Below are positions 13,997 to 32,629 of a DNA stretch of 64,000 nt, piece after piece. The notes under the pieces are model-generated. The model had not been told where the DNA came from. It made no database searches and saw only the letters and a program-made list of their open reading frames with translations. The stretch lies in NCBI GenBank assembly GCA_964016885.1, contig OZ024743.1, positions 90,892,001 through 90,956,000 of the forward strand, given 5' to 3'. Each line of letters starts with the position of its first letter. Positions within the stretch are counted from its first letter, which is position 1. The position numbers and the translations under genes are program-made. This DNA is from Eledone cirrhosa. Taxonomy: Eukaryota.

Positions 13997-13998
<2 letters not shown>

Positions 13999-14193
13999 CG
14001 AAGGAGTTGTGGTAAGGAACCAGATGGACCATAACGCACCAGAGTACTCAATACTTAGAGTAGTGGAGTGGGTAATGGGAAATGTATGACCACAACGGCA
14101 GAGCTCAAGCCGTTTCGACGGCTATTTCTGGACGGCTAGTCCAGAAATAGCTGTCGAAACGGCTTGAGTTCTGCCGTCGGGGTCATACATTTT

Positions 14194-14196
<3 letters not shown>
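13997..14196. repeat. ~200-bp hairpin-plus-tail element (family K) with duplicated HHR 3' halves; second copy 55303-55497 in opposite orientation
   Basis: Palindrome 14077-14195 contains GAAA CGGC..GCCG TC on both strands; flanked by (TA)n. Confidence 0.8.
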
Positions 14197-14289
<93 letters not shown>

Positions 14290-16085
14290 GGAGGTGAGTT
14301 TTATTGTAGTACAATAAAGCAATGCAGATATCGGATAAGTAGCACTCTACAGTTTGTAAGACTGGAGTATAAATAATATAAGATCAAAAGATGGTTAAAA
14401 GAGTTCCATGTATTTTATTATTATTATGCGCATTTCAAAAACAAATATCATCATGCGATGACATTTGCGTTTTCGTCAGATAAAATAGGGAGACATGATA
14501 TGAAGGTTAAAATACTCTTGTGAATAGTGCAGTTTTAAATCAACATGAAAAGTAGTTTAAGATTGATATGTGATATTGGTAAAAAAAATGAGGGGGGTGG
14601 TGGAAAGGATGAAAAAGAGGAGGAGATGAGAGTAAAGAATGGGGGGGGGGGGAGGAGTATAATAAGGAAGGATGAGATAGGAGGAGAGATGGGTGATAGA
14701 GAGAGAGAGATAGCTTTTATAACTGAGAAAAATATATTGTTTTACAGAGCAGAGAGATGTTAAAAAACCGTTGGAAGATAATATATAAATTAAAAGAATT
14801 TAAAAATTAATGAATAGAAAAAATTAAGAATAATGTTAAATTAAGGTTTGTATATTGAAGGGTTTAATAATATATGCGATGAAAAAGAAATTGTTAATAT
14901 GTATTAAGAATAATATTAAATTAAGGTTTGAATATTGAAGGGTTTAATAATATGTGCGATGGAAAGAAATTGTTGATATGTATTATTAAAATAAAAATAG
15001 TAATGTTATTAAGGATATAATGTGAAAAGAAGTAGAATAGTGGATGAATTATGAATTTAGAGGAATTAGTTAGTGTTTAAGTTTGTTTTTATGTAATGTA
15101 ATATGTATGTGTAATATATGTAAATAGTTTGTTTACAAATGAGCGCAGAAAGCAAAGAAGGAGATATTGTTTAAGGAAGAGAAGATCTTAACATCAAAAT
15201 ATGAATGTTTATGAAGTATTTCCTAATGGTGATAATATAATGTAATAAAGGAGATTAGTTAGGGTTTAAGTTTCTTTTTATGTATTGTGATGTGTAATAT
15301 GTAAAAGTTAGACGAGCATGAAAGGGAGAAAAAAATAATGAATTGAGGATGAATAATCTAACGTCAAAAAAAAATGTTTATGTTTACGAAGGATTTTTAA
15401 AGGTGATACTATAAAGTATTTAAAAGGGTAATAGTAAGTTTTATGGCCAGTGATAGGATGGAAGAAGGAAGAGTGGTAATATTGTGGTGAGTAATAATGA
15501 GAATTGAGAAGTATCTAGGAAGAAAAGGTACAGATTATAGGTTAGAAATTAAAAGAAAAAAAAGGAAAAAAGGAAGAAAGGGAAGTGATAAATAGGAATG
15601 ATATAGAATGAGTGACTAGTATTATATAATGTATAATAAATAATATTGAAATAAGGTAGAAAGATGGGTATATTTTTAAAGAAATATATATATATATATG
15701 CCTTTGGGGAAAAGGATTTTAAATTGGTAAAGTATTAGATATTAGCTGTATACTTTATGGAATGTTCTGTGGAATTTATGCAAGCAGAGAGAAAATAAGT
15801 CAGTGCGTCTATTTATTATAGAATCTATATTAGATATAATGGTAAATTTTTCACATAAACAGAGATTACATGTTTTGGATAGAGAGGCATTCAAGTATGG
15901 AGAGGCAGAACAAACTTTCCTCCAAGAGATGTTATAGTTAATATTTTTGTCTTTCAAGGACGATATGAGTTCTGAGAGAGCCGTGTTGGTTCTTTTAAGT
16001 TGGTATTTAAAAGACGAATGATGATTATAAAGACGAGCTTTAACAAACAAATCCTCCATTCCCATTATGCCAAACCCATAACTTC
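14290..16085 (-). mobile_element. 5'-truncated Naiad-like Penelope element: GIY-YIG C-terminus (15742-16065), ~1.3-kb AT-rich 3' UTR, HHR
   Basis: KARLYNHHSSF..NTALS..LKDKNINYNISW..CNLCLCEK..INRRTDLFSLCLHK; HHR at 14421-14486. Confidence 0.85.
14421..14486 (-). ncRNA. Type I HHR (family A, Naiad-associated)
   Basis: Revcomp ATTTTAT CTGACGA, long stem II with GCAT loop, GAAA, palindromic TGCGCA, TA, ATAA. Confidence 0.8.
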
Positions 16086-17352
16086 CAAATATCTGATCTA
16101 CTCAGCTGTTTCGGATCACACCAAAACAACATACTGATTGCGGATTTAGTACGGGTGATGAGAAACGTGTCCCGCATGTGCAACCCCAAAGAACTAGAGA
16201 GACACATACAACACTTCATCCACCGTATGCAGTTCTCTGGTTACAATCAGAGTGATACAATCAGAGTATATAGAGGAGCCAGAACCAAATGGGAAAAAAT
16301 GGTAAATTATGATACAAATGGGACCTGCCCCTTTTATAGGAGCAAATTTTGGAATAGAATAGAAAGAACTAGGAATAAGGTTAATAGAATACACTCATGG
16401 TATGATAGCAATAAATACCAGAGTGTAATGTTCATCAATACAACCCCTAGAGGTGAATTAGCTTACAAATTTAGAAGGGCCATAGATAAACTTAAACTTA
16501 ATATTAAGATAGTAGAAAGACCAGGTACCTCCATAAAAACACTTATTAGCAATACATACCCTTTTCAAAGACCTCCCTGTATAGATAAGAAATGCATAAT
16601 CTGTAAACTAAGCCCCCATATTAACTGTAAAACTAGAAACATAGTATATAGCATAAGATGTACTGAAGGACAATGTAAAGATAAGAATATAGTGTACATA
16701 GGTGAGACAGCCCGTAGTATAGGAGAACGGTTAAGTGAACACTGGCGAGAGCTTCAAGATAGAAAAGAATCATCAATACTCCACCAACATGCTAAAATAG
16801 AACATAAGGGCAAATTAGAGAACATAGAAATAAAAATAAAATCTACACACAGAAAAGACGCAATGTTTAGACAAATCACAGAAGCAATAAACATAAATGA
16901 ACTCCAACCAAAATTAAATAGCAACATCACAACTTACAATTAAGGACAAAATGAAAACATAGAACAAACAACCAACCAGTAACATGTAAATAAACGAATA
17001 AATAAACAAATAAAAACACACACAGACACCCGGAGGTAACACATGCGCAAATTAAGCACACAACACACACAAAAACAAGATGGCGTAGGACAGAACAAAG
17101 GAGAGGCACAAAACAAAGAAAAGAATCCCCAGTCACTGAAGAGGTCACAAAATGTGTGACGAAAGAACTTCGACAATATATGAACAACCGTCCAGTTGTG
17201 GAACCAACCAACCAAACAACCAACCGGAAATTTATAAATTCTTTTGAAATAATTTTTTTTTTTTAATTTTTTAATTTATAATAAATTGGAGTGAAAGCAA
17301 CTGGTGCGTGTATTTTTAATTGGCAACACGACCCTCCCAAAGTATAACAATT
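16086..17352 (+). mobile_element. 5'-truncated Nematis-like Penelope element: thumb/linker and GIY-YIG ORF 16155-16943, 3' UTR and HHR
   Basis: TPRGELA..KIVERPG, CxxxxCxxC linker, NIVYSIRC..YIGETARS..R..EH..EAINI..PKLN; HHR at 17132-17174. Confidence 0.88.
17132..17174 (+). ncRNA. Minimal type I HHR (family E); inverted copy 19024-19066
   Basis: GTCA CTGAAGA g GTCACA..TGTGAC GAAA GAAC TT (C/T)GAC; stem I perfect in the 19024 copy. Confidence 0.78.
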
Positions 17353-17419
17353 TCGGTTTCAACACACGTTTTCAGATAAAGAATCTTGCTAAACAAATTC
17401 AGAAACGATATATATATAT

Positions 17420-18582
<1,163 letters not shown>

Positions 18583-18870
18583 TTTGAAATTTCGTATGAA
18601 ATGAAAGACTTTTTTAAAGATATTTATTGAAAGCAAAGCATTGGCCCCCAAAATATTACAATGGGATCCTGCAATGCTAGCGTGGGCTCCTGGGGCTCAC
18701 TTGCCATTGGGCAACCTGGCAATCTGGACAGCCCACCACTGTATATATATATACAGATTCATTTTATTACGGATAAATAGGGAGTCTTGTTACTCTGGAG
18801 TTTCACCTGTTTGCGACAGGGTCACATTTAAACTCTACTTCGGTCATCCACATACGGATATATATATATA

Positions 18871-19076
18871 TATTGTTATACTTTGGGAGGGTCATGTTGC
18901 CAATAAGAAACACACGCACCAGTTGCTTTCACTTAAATTTATTATAATAAATTTATAAATTTATAAATTCATAAATTTCTGGTTGGTTGGTTGGTTCCAC
19001 AACCAGATAGTTGTTTATATATTGTCAAAGTTCTTTCGTCACACATTCTGTGACCTCTTCAGTGACTGGGGATTCA
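18871..19076 (-). mobile_element. Diverged inverted copy of the Nematis-like pLTR end (17122-17352)
   Basis: ttgttatactttgggagggtc..gcaccagttgctttcact..ggttccacaac..HHR. Confidence 0.85.
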
Positions 19077-19082
19077 GAAACG

Positions 19083-19129
<47 letters not shown>

Positions 19130-19194
19130 TATTGGTGCTCTGAAATACCGATGTATACATGAATGTATGTATAGTATATTTGGCAATATACTGT

Positions 19195-19813
<619 letters not shown>

Positions 19814-19901
19814 TAACTTATTCCAGGTTGAGTCGGAGGTAACCACAGTAAGTAAGGTACTCAATACATAGCAGAGTATAAAAGTTTAAAAATATAGATG
19901 A

Positions 19902-19950
19902 GATTCTACAGGACTAGAACTGTTTCATTCTTTATAAATCATCAGGAATC
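19902..19950 (-). ncRNA. Type I HHR (family H) in a pLTR-like end (19812-20010); tail also at 37610-37703 and 58180-58310
   Basis: Revcomp GATTC CTGATGA, short weak stem II, GAAA CAG..CTG TA GAATC. Confidence 0.7.
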
Positions 19951-20013
19951 TGGCTGTCCAAAATAGATGTTGTGGTATTTATATCTTTTCTGGTGGTAGG
20001 AGAGGGTGGGGAG

Positions 20014-20388
20014 TGGGATGGGTGGAGGTCATTGGTTGAAAGAACAGGGAATTCATTAAAAGCTAATTCTTTAAGGCTATAATTTATATTTATAGTGAGA
20101 AGGGCAGAAAGAATTCTATAAACAAGTTCAAATTGGGGTGCCACTCCTTATTTTTAAGTTTCGCTTAAGCTAACAATGCCTATATTTATGTGTCTATAAG
20201 ATGGCTGGGTGTCGGTCAGAGTTGATGGATTTAAAGAAAAGGGAAATTCTTTAAAAGCTAATTCTTTAAAGCTCTACTTAGAGTGACAAGGGCAGAGAGA
20301 ATTCTATAAACCAGTTCAAATATTGGTTGCCTATTATTATTGTCATGTTTCTCTTAAGGTGTATTTTAGGTGTCAACAGACACATTCA

Positions 20389-20483
<95 letters not shown>

Positions 20484-22202
20484 TAATTCATAATATTAAC
20501 AAAATAGATATTCTTGTGATCAAGTATATTTTATTATACATATTTCAGAGGTACTGAGTTAACTTCAACAGTACGTCCTCATCAGATAAAATAAGATGAT
20601 GCATGACATACCCTGACATAGTAGATGGTTAAGATTCAGTCATGGTAGTGAGTATATATGACAAAACTCAATATTTATATACCTTAATATTGAAACATGA
20701 AAAAAACCTACTTATAATACATATAATAGAGAGGGTGCGTGTGAGAAAGCTTAAAAAATATATAGCAGCAATATAACTGTTAGAGATTCAAATAATTTAA
20801 ATTACTGAAAAAAGAGGAAAGAAAAGAAAGGCATAGAGAACAAAACAGATGAGGGGATACTATAGCTAGTAAGAGCATAGAAAGCAAAAGAGACTTCATT
20901 ACAGAGAGAGAGATAAAGAGGAATAATTTTTATAGTGTAATATATAGGGAGATATTAATTGTATATTTCTATATAGAACAACGTTTGGGCTTAGCTTTAG
21001 GAAAAAGAAAAAAACTCAATTCATTGAATTATTGAATTATCTAAATGTATTCATCAATCGAAATTTTAAATATAATTGGGTGTATTCGTATGAAGGTTAA
21101 TAACAAGTCTTTAGATAATTATCTATATATACAATATATCTGGTTGACCGTTAACATTCAAATCATTTAATTTAAGTTAGTTCAAAGTAATGAATAATAT
21201 TTTAGGTTATAAAAGTTAATAAATATCTGTATTAATATTAAAGTATACTAACATATTTAATTTATAAAATCAAATTTTATTAAATCAAATTTAAAGGATT
21301 TACAAACACGAGAAAGAAAACATAATGTTTTTACATCCTCACGAAGGTAAACTTTACTAAATTTATTATATAATATTAAATTATTTATATTATATTGAAA
21401 ATAGTTTACATTATATAATTTAGAAAATAATTACAGTTATAATTTTTAAAGAATTTTAAGATTAACAATTTGAATGCCTAAAGGATCAACATGCTTTATA
21501 ATTAAACTTTAAAAAGTTTGATTATTAAATCATATATATGCGTTTATCAAAAAAATACACAAAGATTATATTGTCTAAAGATTAAGATGATACCTCTCAA
21601 TTAGACATTACATAATAAATACAATACAATAAATAAGTTACTGATAATATTGTTAAAATTAATGTTTTAGATCAATTATTATAATAGGATCATTTAATAG
21701 ATATAAATTATAAACATACAAGTCAAAACTTCATGAATCCTAAGGATAAGGACTAGATTCAAAATAAAAAGTGAAAAAGTAAAAATAAAAATAATGAATT
21801 GTTTGCGATCATAAAAGTGCCCAATATCAAAAAATATAGTTTAAAAATGCGAGAGTTTTTTATTTTTAAGATTTATATAGTAGACTAACAACACTTCTAA
21901 AGTGTCCACGAAGATGATAGAAAGAGGAGCTAAGGATTTCAATAACCCGAAGGAAACCCGAAATTAAAATAAATTAAACTAAATTAAGTAATAATCGTTA
22001 TATAATTTCGAACATTAAGAAAATATCTAACAATTATAACAACAGAGAGTCATTTAAGTATCCAAATTACTTATAAATGTAACTAGGAGCATGTTATTAT
22101 ACTAGATAAACAGATTTGTTCAAATATATAGAGAGAGTATTATAGGTATTAGTGAAACGATATACATATAATAAATAAATAATTACAATCATTATTAGTA
22201 AT
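20014..22202 (-). repeat. Left arm of ~2.2-kb inverted repeat (partner 24871-27114); contains HHR 20528-20592
   Basis: Revcomp of right arm; near-identical internally, more diverged outside the (CA)n tract. Confidence 0.95.
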
Positions 22203-24870
22203 GTTATAATTGTAGTTTTACATCCAGTTCAGTGGAAAGAAAGACCAATATTTGTCGACTAGTATCATTTGTGACATTTATACCTAAATATATATTAAAA
22301 AAATTAAAATGTACAAATCTAACTTTCTGAATCCTAAAACTTACTCAAAATGAGTAAAATATATAAATGCATGAATGATTTACGGTTCAATTATAACCGG
22401 TAATCTTATAAGTTATATATCCAAATTATATATTTAAAACAAAAACAAAAACAAATATATAAGGATCCCAATCTAAATTATATATATCTAAAATAATCCA
22501 ACGATGTACATATTCATCAAGAGAACATGTTAACAAATAATATGTTTATATACCCAAACAGGACCCTTTAGTCTAACATTAATTCTATCATAAATGAATA
22601 GAAAATAAAACATTATTAAAGTTTTATAATCTGTTATAACGTTTTAGGTACACAGTTGATAAGAGACGTCAACAATTAAAACCTGTTTATTTAGTGTTTT
22701 TTCCTGACTTTTGCGAGGCTTGGAATGTAGACAAAGCTTTATGAAGAAGCTAAAAGAAGCTAAAGAAGCTAAAGAAGCTAAAAGAAAAACAAACAGCAAT
22801 TATTTCGAAACTATCTTTAAATCCAGAAAAAATCCTCCATACAACAAACTCCTGGAGGATTTTGAAACTGAAATGCTCAATATACTTAAGAAAATTAAAT
22901 TCAGGAAAAACCCATATAAAGGTCACCAATACCTTAGAACTCTAAAAGAAAAAATCTCGGATATAAAAAAAGTTAATAAAATATTGGTGAAGTCGGACAA
23001 AACCAATAATTTATATGGGATAAATAAAGATGAATATAATGATTTGATTTTAAAAGAACTAAGGAAAAATTATAGAAAAACTCCGGCCGAAGATCTTACA
23101 GACATCAATAATGATGCATATAAATTAATAGCAAAATTTGGAATTGAAGGAAGAACCGAGCCTTTTATACCTAGACAGCCGAGGATAAATTTTAAGGATC
23201 ACAAAAGAAACTTTGAGGAAGACCTGCCAGTTAGACTGATTGCTCCATCTAAATTGGATATTGGAGTAATCAGTAAGAATATTATTGATAGAATTCTACC
23301 TATTCTGAAACTGAGGTCTAAATTGAGCTTATGGAAGGACACCAATGAATTGATTGGTTGGTTTAAAAATATAGATGATAAGAAAAACTACAAATTCATC
23401 CAAATGGACATAGCAAGCTATTACTCTTCCATTACACCTAACCTATTAAATAAGGCTTTATCCTACGTTTACAAACATACAGATCTAACTACGGATGAAA
23501 TCGATATCATATTAACTGCTAGAAGAACTCTAATTAATTTCAACAATGAGTATTGGACCCGCTCAGATAGAAATAGAAACTTTGACATTACCATGGGATC
23601 ATCGGACTCAGCGCAGGTCACGGATCTTCTGGGGATTTTCATCTTAAATATGGTAAATAGAAAACTGCCGGAGATTACCGGTGGTTTATATAGGGACGAT
23701 ATTTTATTTACGGTTGTCAAACACAGCAATACATAACTAAATAGGGTTAAGAAAAATATAATTGAATTCTTTAAAAATTACGACCTTAAATTAGAGGTTG
23801 AAAGTGGTACCAAAATAGTTAATTTCCTTGATGTTACCCTTAACTTAAACTCAGGTTTTTATTATCCTTTCCATAAGCCCAATGAAAACTTAAATTACGT
23901 TAGCTATTACTCTAATCACCCTAAATCTGTGAAAAATGCAATTGTCAATAGTGTACAGAAACGCCTAACTAGAATATCTGCTAATAAATCCATATTTGAT
24001 GAAAAAGCAGGATATTACAAGGCAGGTTATAAAAATAATATAGAATATATAGACAATAATAATTTGAATTATAATCGTGATAAAAATAATAATGACTGAC
24101 ATGTATAAACGAAATTCTAAAAATTATAATTCAAACACCAGTACTGTGAATAAATGGGGAAAAAACCCAGAACTAAATCAGTTATATGGTTTGCCCCCCC
24201 CCCCCCCCCTGCTTCTGTAGCAATAAAAACACCACTTGCTAATCTATTCTTTAAAGCTTTAGATAATTCCTTCCCTATTCAACATAAATACCGTTCCATA
24301 TTTAATAGACACACAATTAAGCTTTCTTATTCTACAACTATGAATATGGCTCAAAACATCGCTAAATTAAATAGTAGAAATCTAAACCATAATCAGCATA
24401 CATTTAACAATAATGAATATAATAACACTAACAATATTGATACTATGAATAACATTAACAGCAATATAAGCACTATCAATAGAACATTTCGAAGTAATAA
24501 TAGTGTTAATATAAATTATAATAATAATAAATCGAAATGTAATTGTAGAAATAAACCAGATTGCCCTCTGCAAAATAATTGTCTGGATAGCAATTTGGTA
24601 TATAAATGCACCGTAAAAGCAAATAACATCACATACAACTATATAGGGGCAACTTCTTCGACATTTAAATCGAGATTTGGGAATCATAAATGCTCTTTTT
24701 CGAATCTTAATAGGAAGTCTTCGACTTCTTTATCACAACTTATATAGTCATTAAAAGACAAAACTTTAAAATACTCGATTTTTTGGACGAAGCTATGTAA
24801 TAGTAGAATTTACTCGAATTCGTCAATATCACCTAAGTGCAACCTCTGTACCATGGAGACCCTATTAATA

Positions 24871-27114
<2,244 letters not shown>

Positions 27115-27232
27115 TGTTCACTTAAAAATAACTTTTAAGTAATTAAAATATACAGACATGTATGTAGTAATGTAAAACGAAATTGGAAGGTCTCTCTCTC
27201 TCTCCCTCTCTCTCTCTATATATATATATATA

Positions 27233-30200
27233 TTATGAAAAAACATCCTGAGCCCCCCCCCCCCTTTGTAACGCGAACTGGCGCGAAATTTATTATACTT
27301 ATTGACCAACCAATCAAATTACTTCTCTAAAAACCTGGCGTTTCGAGCCACTTTTTTCCATATAAAACAAGTAACATTCAAAGACCAACCAGATGTGAGA
27401 AAAACCACAGACCCTCCATCTGAACTCTACTTTTGAAAAGCAGAAGAACTGCGAAACCGGTAAAGGAACCAAATAAATATATATATATTTTTTTAATAAG
27501 ACTCCAGTTGCATTTTCGATTTCATCTTTTTTTCTTTATACTTTCACTCGTGTAGGACACCTCGGTTATTTTTCATTTTGTAAAAAACCTCACTTTCTAA
27601 TACATACCCACCACACGAAGACCGAAAATGCCAACAAAGTCTCAACAAAACAACAACTTACTGAACCAGGACATCTTAAATGAACTCAAAGATATTTCCT
27701 CTAAACTCTCAATTTTGACCAACAAAGTGGACCAAATACACATCTATAAAAAGGGACCCCACGAAGAAACAGAAAATACCCTAGAGACGAATATTACTCC
27801 AGCATTAACTAAACTAATCGAAACCATTGAAACAGCAATGCTCCAAAAGCTGGAACAGCCATTAGAACCCAATCTACGAGATGTCCACTCACTGAAAAAC
27901 ACCCTAATCAATATATGGACTCAAAAGCTCACAACCCGCAAATTCGCCTTTTGGAATCTCCTAAAAAATAATGGCAAGGCAGACATATATGAAAATTGGC
28001 TAAACTCTACCCCAATCATCCTCCCCAAAAATATTCCAGATAAAACCCATCCCGAATGAATCAGAAAACCAACAAAGACTTAGGGAAAAGATGGCGTTAG
28101 AAAAATTTAAAATAGAAATAGAACTGTTGCGATTAAGAGCCAACTCCAACGAAGAAAAATTCAAGTCACTCGACCAACAGATGGTAACAGAAATCTCAAG
28201 GCACTCTGAAGGCCTACTCTATGAAAAAGCCTTAAAACTTTGGAAAGAAAACTGTGAGGATGAAGAACTAACATCCCTCCAGCGATGGGGAAAAACGCCA
28301 CCTGGTTCAACAATTACGAAATGGATTTCAAAAATGAACAACATACAGGTAACCCATTTTTAAAACAAACTAAAACTCACACACCACATGCACAACAAAT
28401 AACAAAAAAAGTAACAAAAGGTCGAACATACCCCCAGCAAAACTATAACGATAATCCCAGAATCCATAGACAAAACTATAACCCTACTATCAAAAACCGA
28501 AGATCCCCCAACACAAGACAGGACCCGATCCGTAGATCACAACCCACACAAAACCTATTCCAAAACCGTAGACCCCCTGCCCACACAGAGCCTGTTCCAA
28601 AATCGTAGAATCCAACCCACACAAAGGAACAAAGTCTACAACCCGGAATATCAACAAACCCAACCTCAATACATCCGAAACTTCTATGCAAGACCACACA
28701 ACAACAGGGGAAATGCCATTAGATATAATAATACCATTGAAAAAACATTCCTAAGGCTACAGGACCCACGACACCCGGTGGCACAAACCGATTTTGAAAA
28801 ACCGAAAATAATCAACCTTTCAAATACAAACCTCTCAGCCCAACAAGTAAAAATTCTCTCCAAAGGACTGAAATTCACACCAACACCACAATATTCTAAC
28901 CTCAATGAGAAAAATGATGATATTTCACACTTCTGTAGAAAATTACGTCTCACAGAGGAATTCTTTGACAAGGAGAATAACGACCAATCAACTGTACGGA
29001 ATAAAAGCAGCTACAGCCCAACAAAAGGTAGAAACAGAGTTCTGGACAAATTTTATGCCCACATAGCCACTTTCCCATACCATGAACTACCGCAACCTAA
29101 ACCCAAACCCAACACGAGTCGAAGGGAATGGGAGATTATCCATGAACAAAAAACAATACGGACATTATAATTAAGGAAGCGGACAAGGGGAGTACTGTTG
29201 TCATTATGGATGCTGAAAAATATAAAAATTCTATGCTCTCTCTCTCTCTTACAAAATACTAATTACTATGAAAGAGTAAAAACTACCAGCAATCAAAAAC
29301 AATGACCAGATTAAACACACTGATGTGTCGATACCAGGAAGACTTAACTAAAAAGGAACGCGATTATTTAACACATTTTGAATACAAAACCAGCAACCTT
29401 TCCGGACTTCCGAAGATCCACAAGTGTAAAATAATTAACGATGCCTGTAAACAATCCACCTCAGCCTGCGTGAACACACAATACCCCACAGACCTTAAAT
29501 TAAGACCAATTGTAGCGAGCCCACAATGTGAAACACACAGACTGAGAAACTTTATAGACATACTACTAAAACCAATTCTCAAACACATACCAAGCCTTGT
29601 AAGAGACGATCTGGACCTCTTAAACCACCTCCCCAAACATGTCAACAACGATACTATTATTGTGTCTTTCGATGTAGTGAATCTCTACACAACGATCCCA
29701 CACCAATACGGACTAGAAGCAATGGGATTCTGGCTAGAGAAATATTCCAATGAGATACCTGGCAGAATAGAAAAAAGTTTCATCACCGAGGGATTAACAT
29801 TTATTTTACAGAACAACTTTTTTTATTTCGATGGCAGTACTTACAAGAAAATATCGGGGACTGCGATGGGTACAAAAGCCGCTCCGACTTATGCCAACTT
29901 AGTCATGGCATACTTAGAAGTCCAAATTTATGAACAGTTCAAATCAAAATACGGATTGAACTTCCACAAATATTTATCAGAGAATTGGAAACGCTACTTG
30001 GATGATTGTCTCATTCTTTGGCCCCACACACTCGATCAACTGAATGATTTCAAAAATTTAATAAATGGCATCAATAACCACATCCAATTCACAATGGAAT
30101 ACAGCCAAGATCAACTCCCATTTCTGGACATCTTAATCTTAAAAAAAGACACAAATATTGAAACTGACATACACTACAAACCAACAGATTCCAAACAATA

Positions 30201-32167
30201 TATGCTATTCACCTCCAACCATCCAAAGCACACGAAGACGAAAATTCCTTTTAACCTAGCAAGAAGAATTTGCACAATTGTCTCCAATTATGAAACGCGA
30301 AATTAAAGACTTCAAGAATTCAAGGAAATTCTACTCGAAAGACAGTACCCACCATTACTAATAAATAATGGAATAGAAAGGGCTAAAGTAATAGGCATTG
30401 ATGAATTACGAAAACAGAAACAAATTCAAGGTATGTCCAATATTCTATCATATATCTCAACACAACCCAAGAAATGCGGAAGCTTACAACACTATTCACA
30501 AGAACATCCCACTACTGAAACAAGACCCAAGAATGAAAAAAGCCCTTGAAACACACAACATACTCAAAAGCAAAAGACAACCGAAATCACTGAGAACATT
30601 ACTCACCAATGCCAAATTACCTACCACAAACCCACAACCAACTGTCAAAAAATGTGGTCGCTCTAATTGTGGAACCTGCACTCACTTCATTGAAGGCAAC
30701 ATGTATACATTTAAATCAGGACAAAATTTTGCTGTAAAAAATCACTTCACTTGCTCATCAAAAAATCTAATTTATGCCATTAAATGTAAAGGATGCAATG
30801 AAGATTATATAAGACAAACTAAATTCACACTCAGAAATAGAATGACAGTTCATCGCCAGCAATTACGAGATCCAACCACGAGACAGATACCACTAAGCAC
30901 ACATCTAGACATTTGCGCAAGTAATAAGACACCCAAATTCCAAGTCTTCCCATTTTACCTTTGCGCTGACAATACAACAGAACAAATACGAATAAATAAG
31001 GAAAATATGTTCATTCAAAAATATTCCTACTAACGGAATCATTTTCCTACACACACACACACACAAAATATATATTCTCTTCATCTTAACATGCTAACCA
31101 TACTCCCACACACACATAACACCCATACACACACGCATAACACTCCCCCCCCCCACACACAACTACCTCCCCCATTTCTACTAATAGAATAACTTTCCTA
31201 CACACACACACACACAAAATATATATATTCTCTCCATCTTAACATACTCCCACACACACACACACATAACACCCATATACACACACACACAACTTCCTCC
31301 CCCATTTCTACCAATAGAATCATCTTCCTACACACACACACACACACACAGACACACAAATACATATGTCTACTTTCTTTATTTCAATAGAAAATCTGAA
31401 CTCTGACACCCCAGCGAACTAGCCATATTCACTGAACCAGAACAATTCTCCCATCCCATTTCTCTTGACCATTCTTTTGCTTGTCATAAAATTCTCTAAA
31501 AGGCTACAAAATAAATTTACAAATACGGGCGCGGAACTTGTTCACGTGACAGTCATAATTTCATTTATAACCAATCAAATTGCATTTTTAAAAAAAAACC
31601 TTCGCGAGCCCCTTTTTTTATTGTCATAAAATTCTCTAAAAGGCTACAAAATAAATTCCCAAATACGGGCGCGAAATTTAATGAACTTGTTCACGTAACA
31701 CCCATAATTTCCTTTATAACCAATCAAATTACATTTTTAAAAAAAAAGCCTTCGTGAGCCCCTTTTTTTAAGTAAAAAAACACTTATATATGAAAAACCA
31801 ACCTGAGCCCCCCCCCCCCCTTATTTGAAGAACTTTGTAACGCGAACTGGCGCGAAATTTATTATACTTATTGACCAACCAATCAAATTACTTCTCTAAA
31901 AATCTGGCGTTTCGAGCCACTTTTTTCCATATGAAACAAGTAACATTCAAAGACCAACCAGATGTGAGAAAAACCATAGACCCTCCATCTGAACTCTACT
32001 TTTGAAAAGCAGAAGAACTGCGAAACCGGTAAAGGAACCAAATAAATATATATATATATTTTTTTTAAATAAGACTCCAGTTGCATTTTCGATTTCATCT
32101 TCTTTTCTCTATACTTTCACTCGTGTAGGACACCTCGGTTATTTTTCATTTTGTAAAAAAACCTCAC

Positions 32168-32175
<8 letters not shown>
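27233..32175 (+). mobile_element. Near full-length Neptune-like Penelope element with direct pLTRs (27233-27602, 31790-32175), inserted in (TA)n; ORF 27628-31033 broken by frameshifts and stops
   Basis: LSKGLKFTPTP, KEADKGS, GLPKIHK, LRPIV, SFDVVNLYT, GTAMG, RYLDD, KKCGRSNCGTC Cys linker, LIY..C..C..YI GIY-YIG. Confidence 0.93.
27430..27465 (+). ncRNA. Minimal HHR with U3-A8 core (TTGAAAA) in Neptune pLTR (family I); copies 31999-32034, 32760-32795(-), 32884-32919, 56406-56443(-), 56499-56536
   Basis: CTT TTGAAAA GCAG-AAGAA-CTGC GAAA CCGG TA AAG; stem I is CCTT/AAGG in the 56-kb copies. Confidence 0.78.
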
Positions 32176-32218
<43 letters not shown>

Positions 32219-32540
32219 ATATTAACAAATGGAAACTATATTTATAAAACCATATTTATTTCATTATACATATTTCAAGGGCCACCAAGGCAAACTATGG
32301 TGCGCTTTCATCAGATAAAATATAATATAGGTTAGTTTTATAAATAAATATTGACATACCCTGAAAAAATGCAACCATTCTGGTTGGAATCTCCAGAATG
32401 GTTGCATTTTTAATATATTGTATTGTTAATATATTGCATTGTTAATATATTGTATATTTACTCCAATAATTTGTTGAGTGCTTTATATCAGTTATAAAAA
32501 TATTTTGCTTGTTGTATCACAACAAATTAAGTATAACCTC

Positions 32541-32620
<80 letters not shown>

Positions 32621-32629
<9 letters not shown>

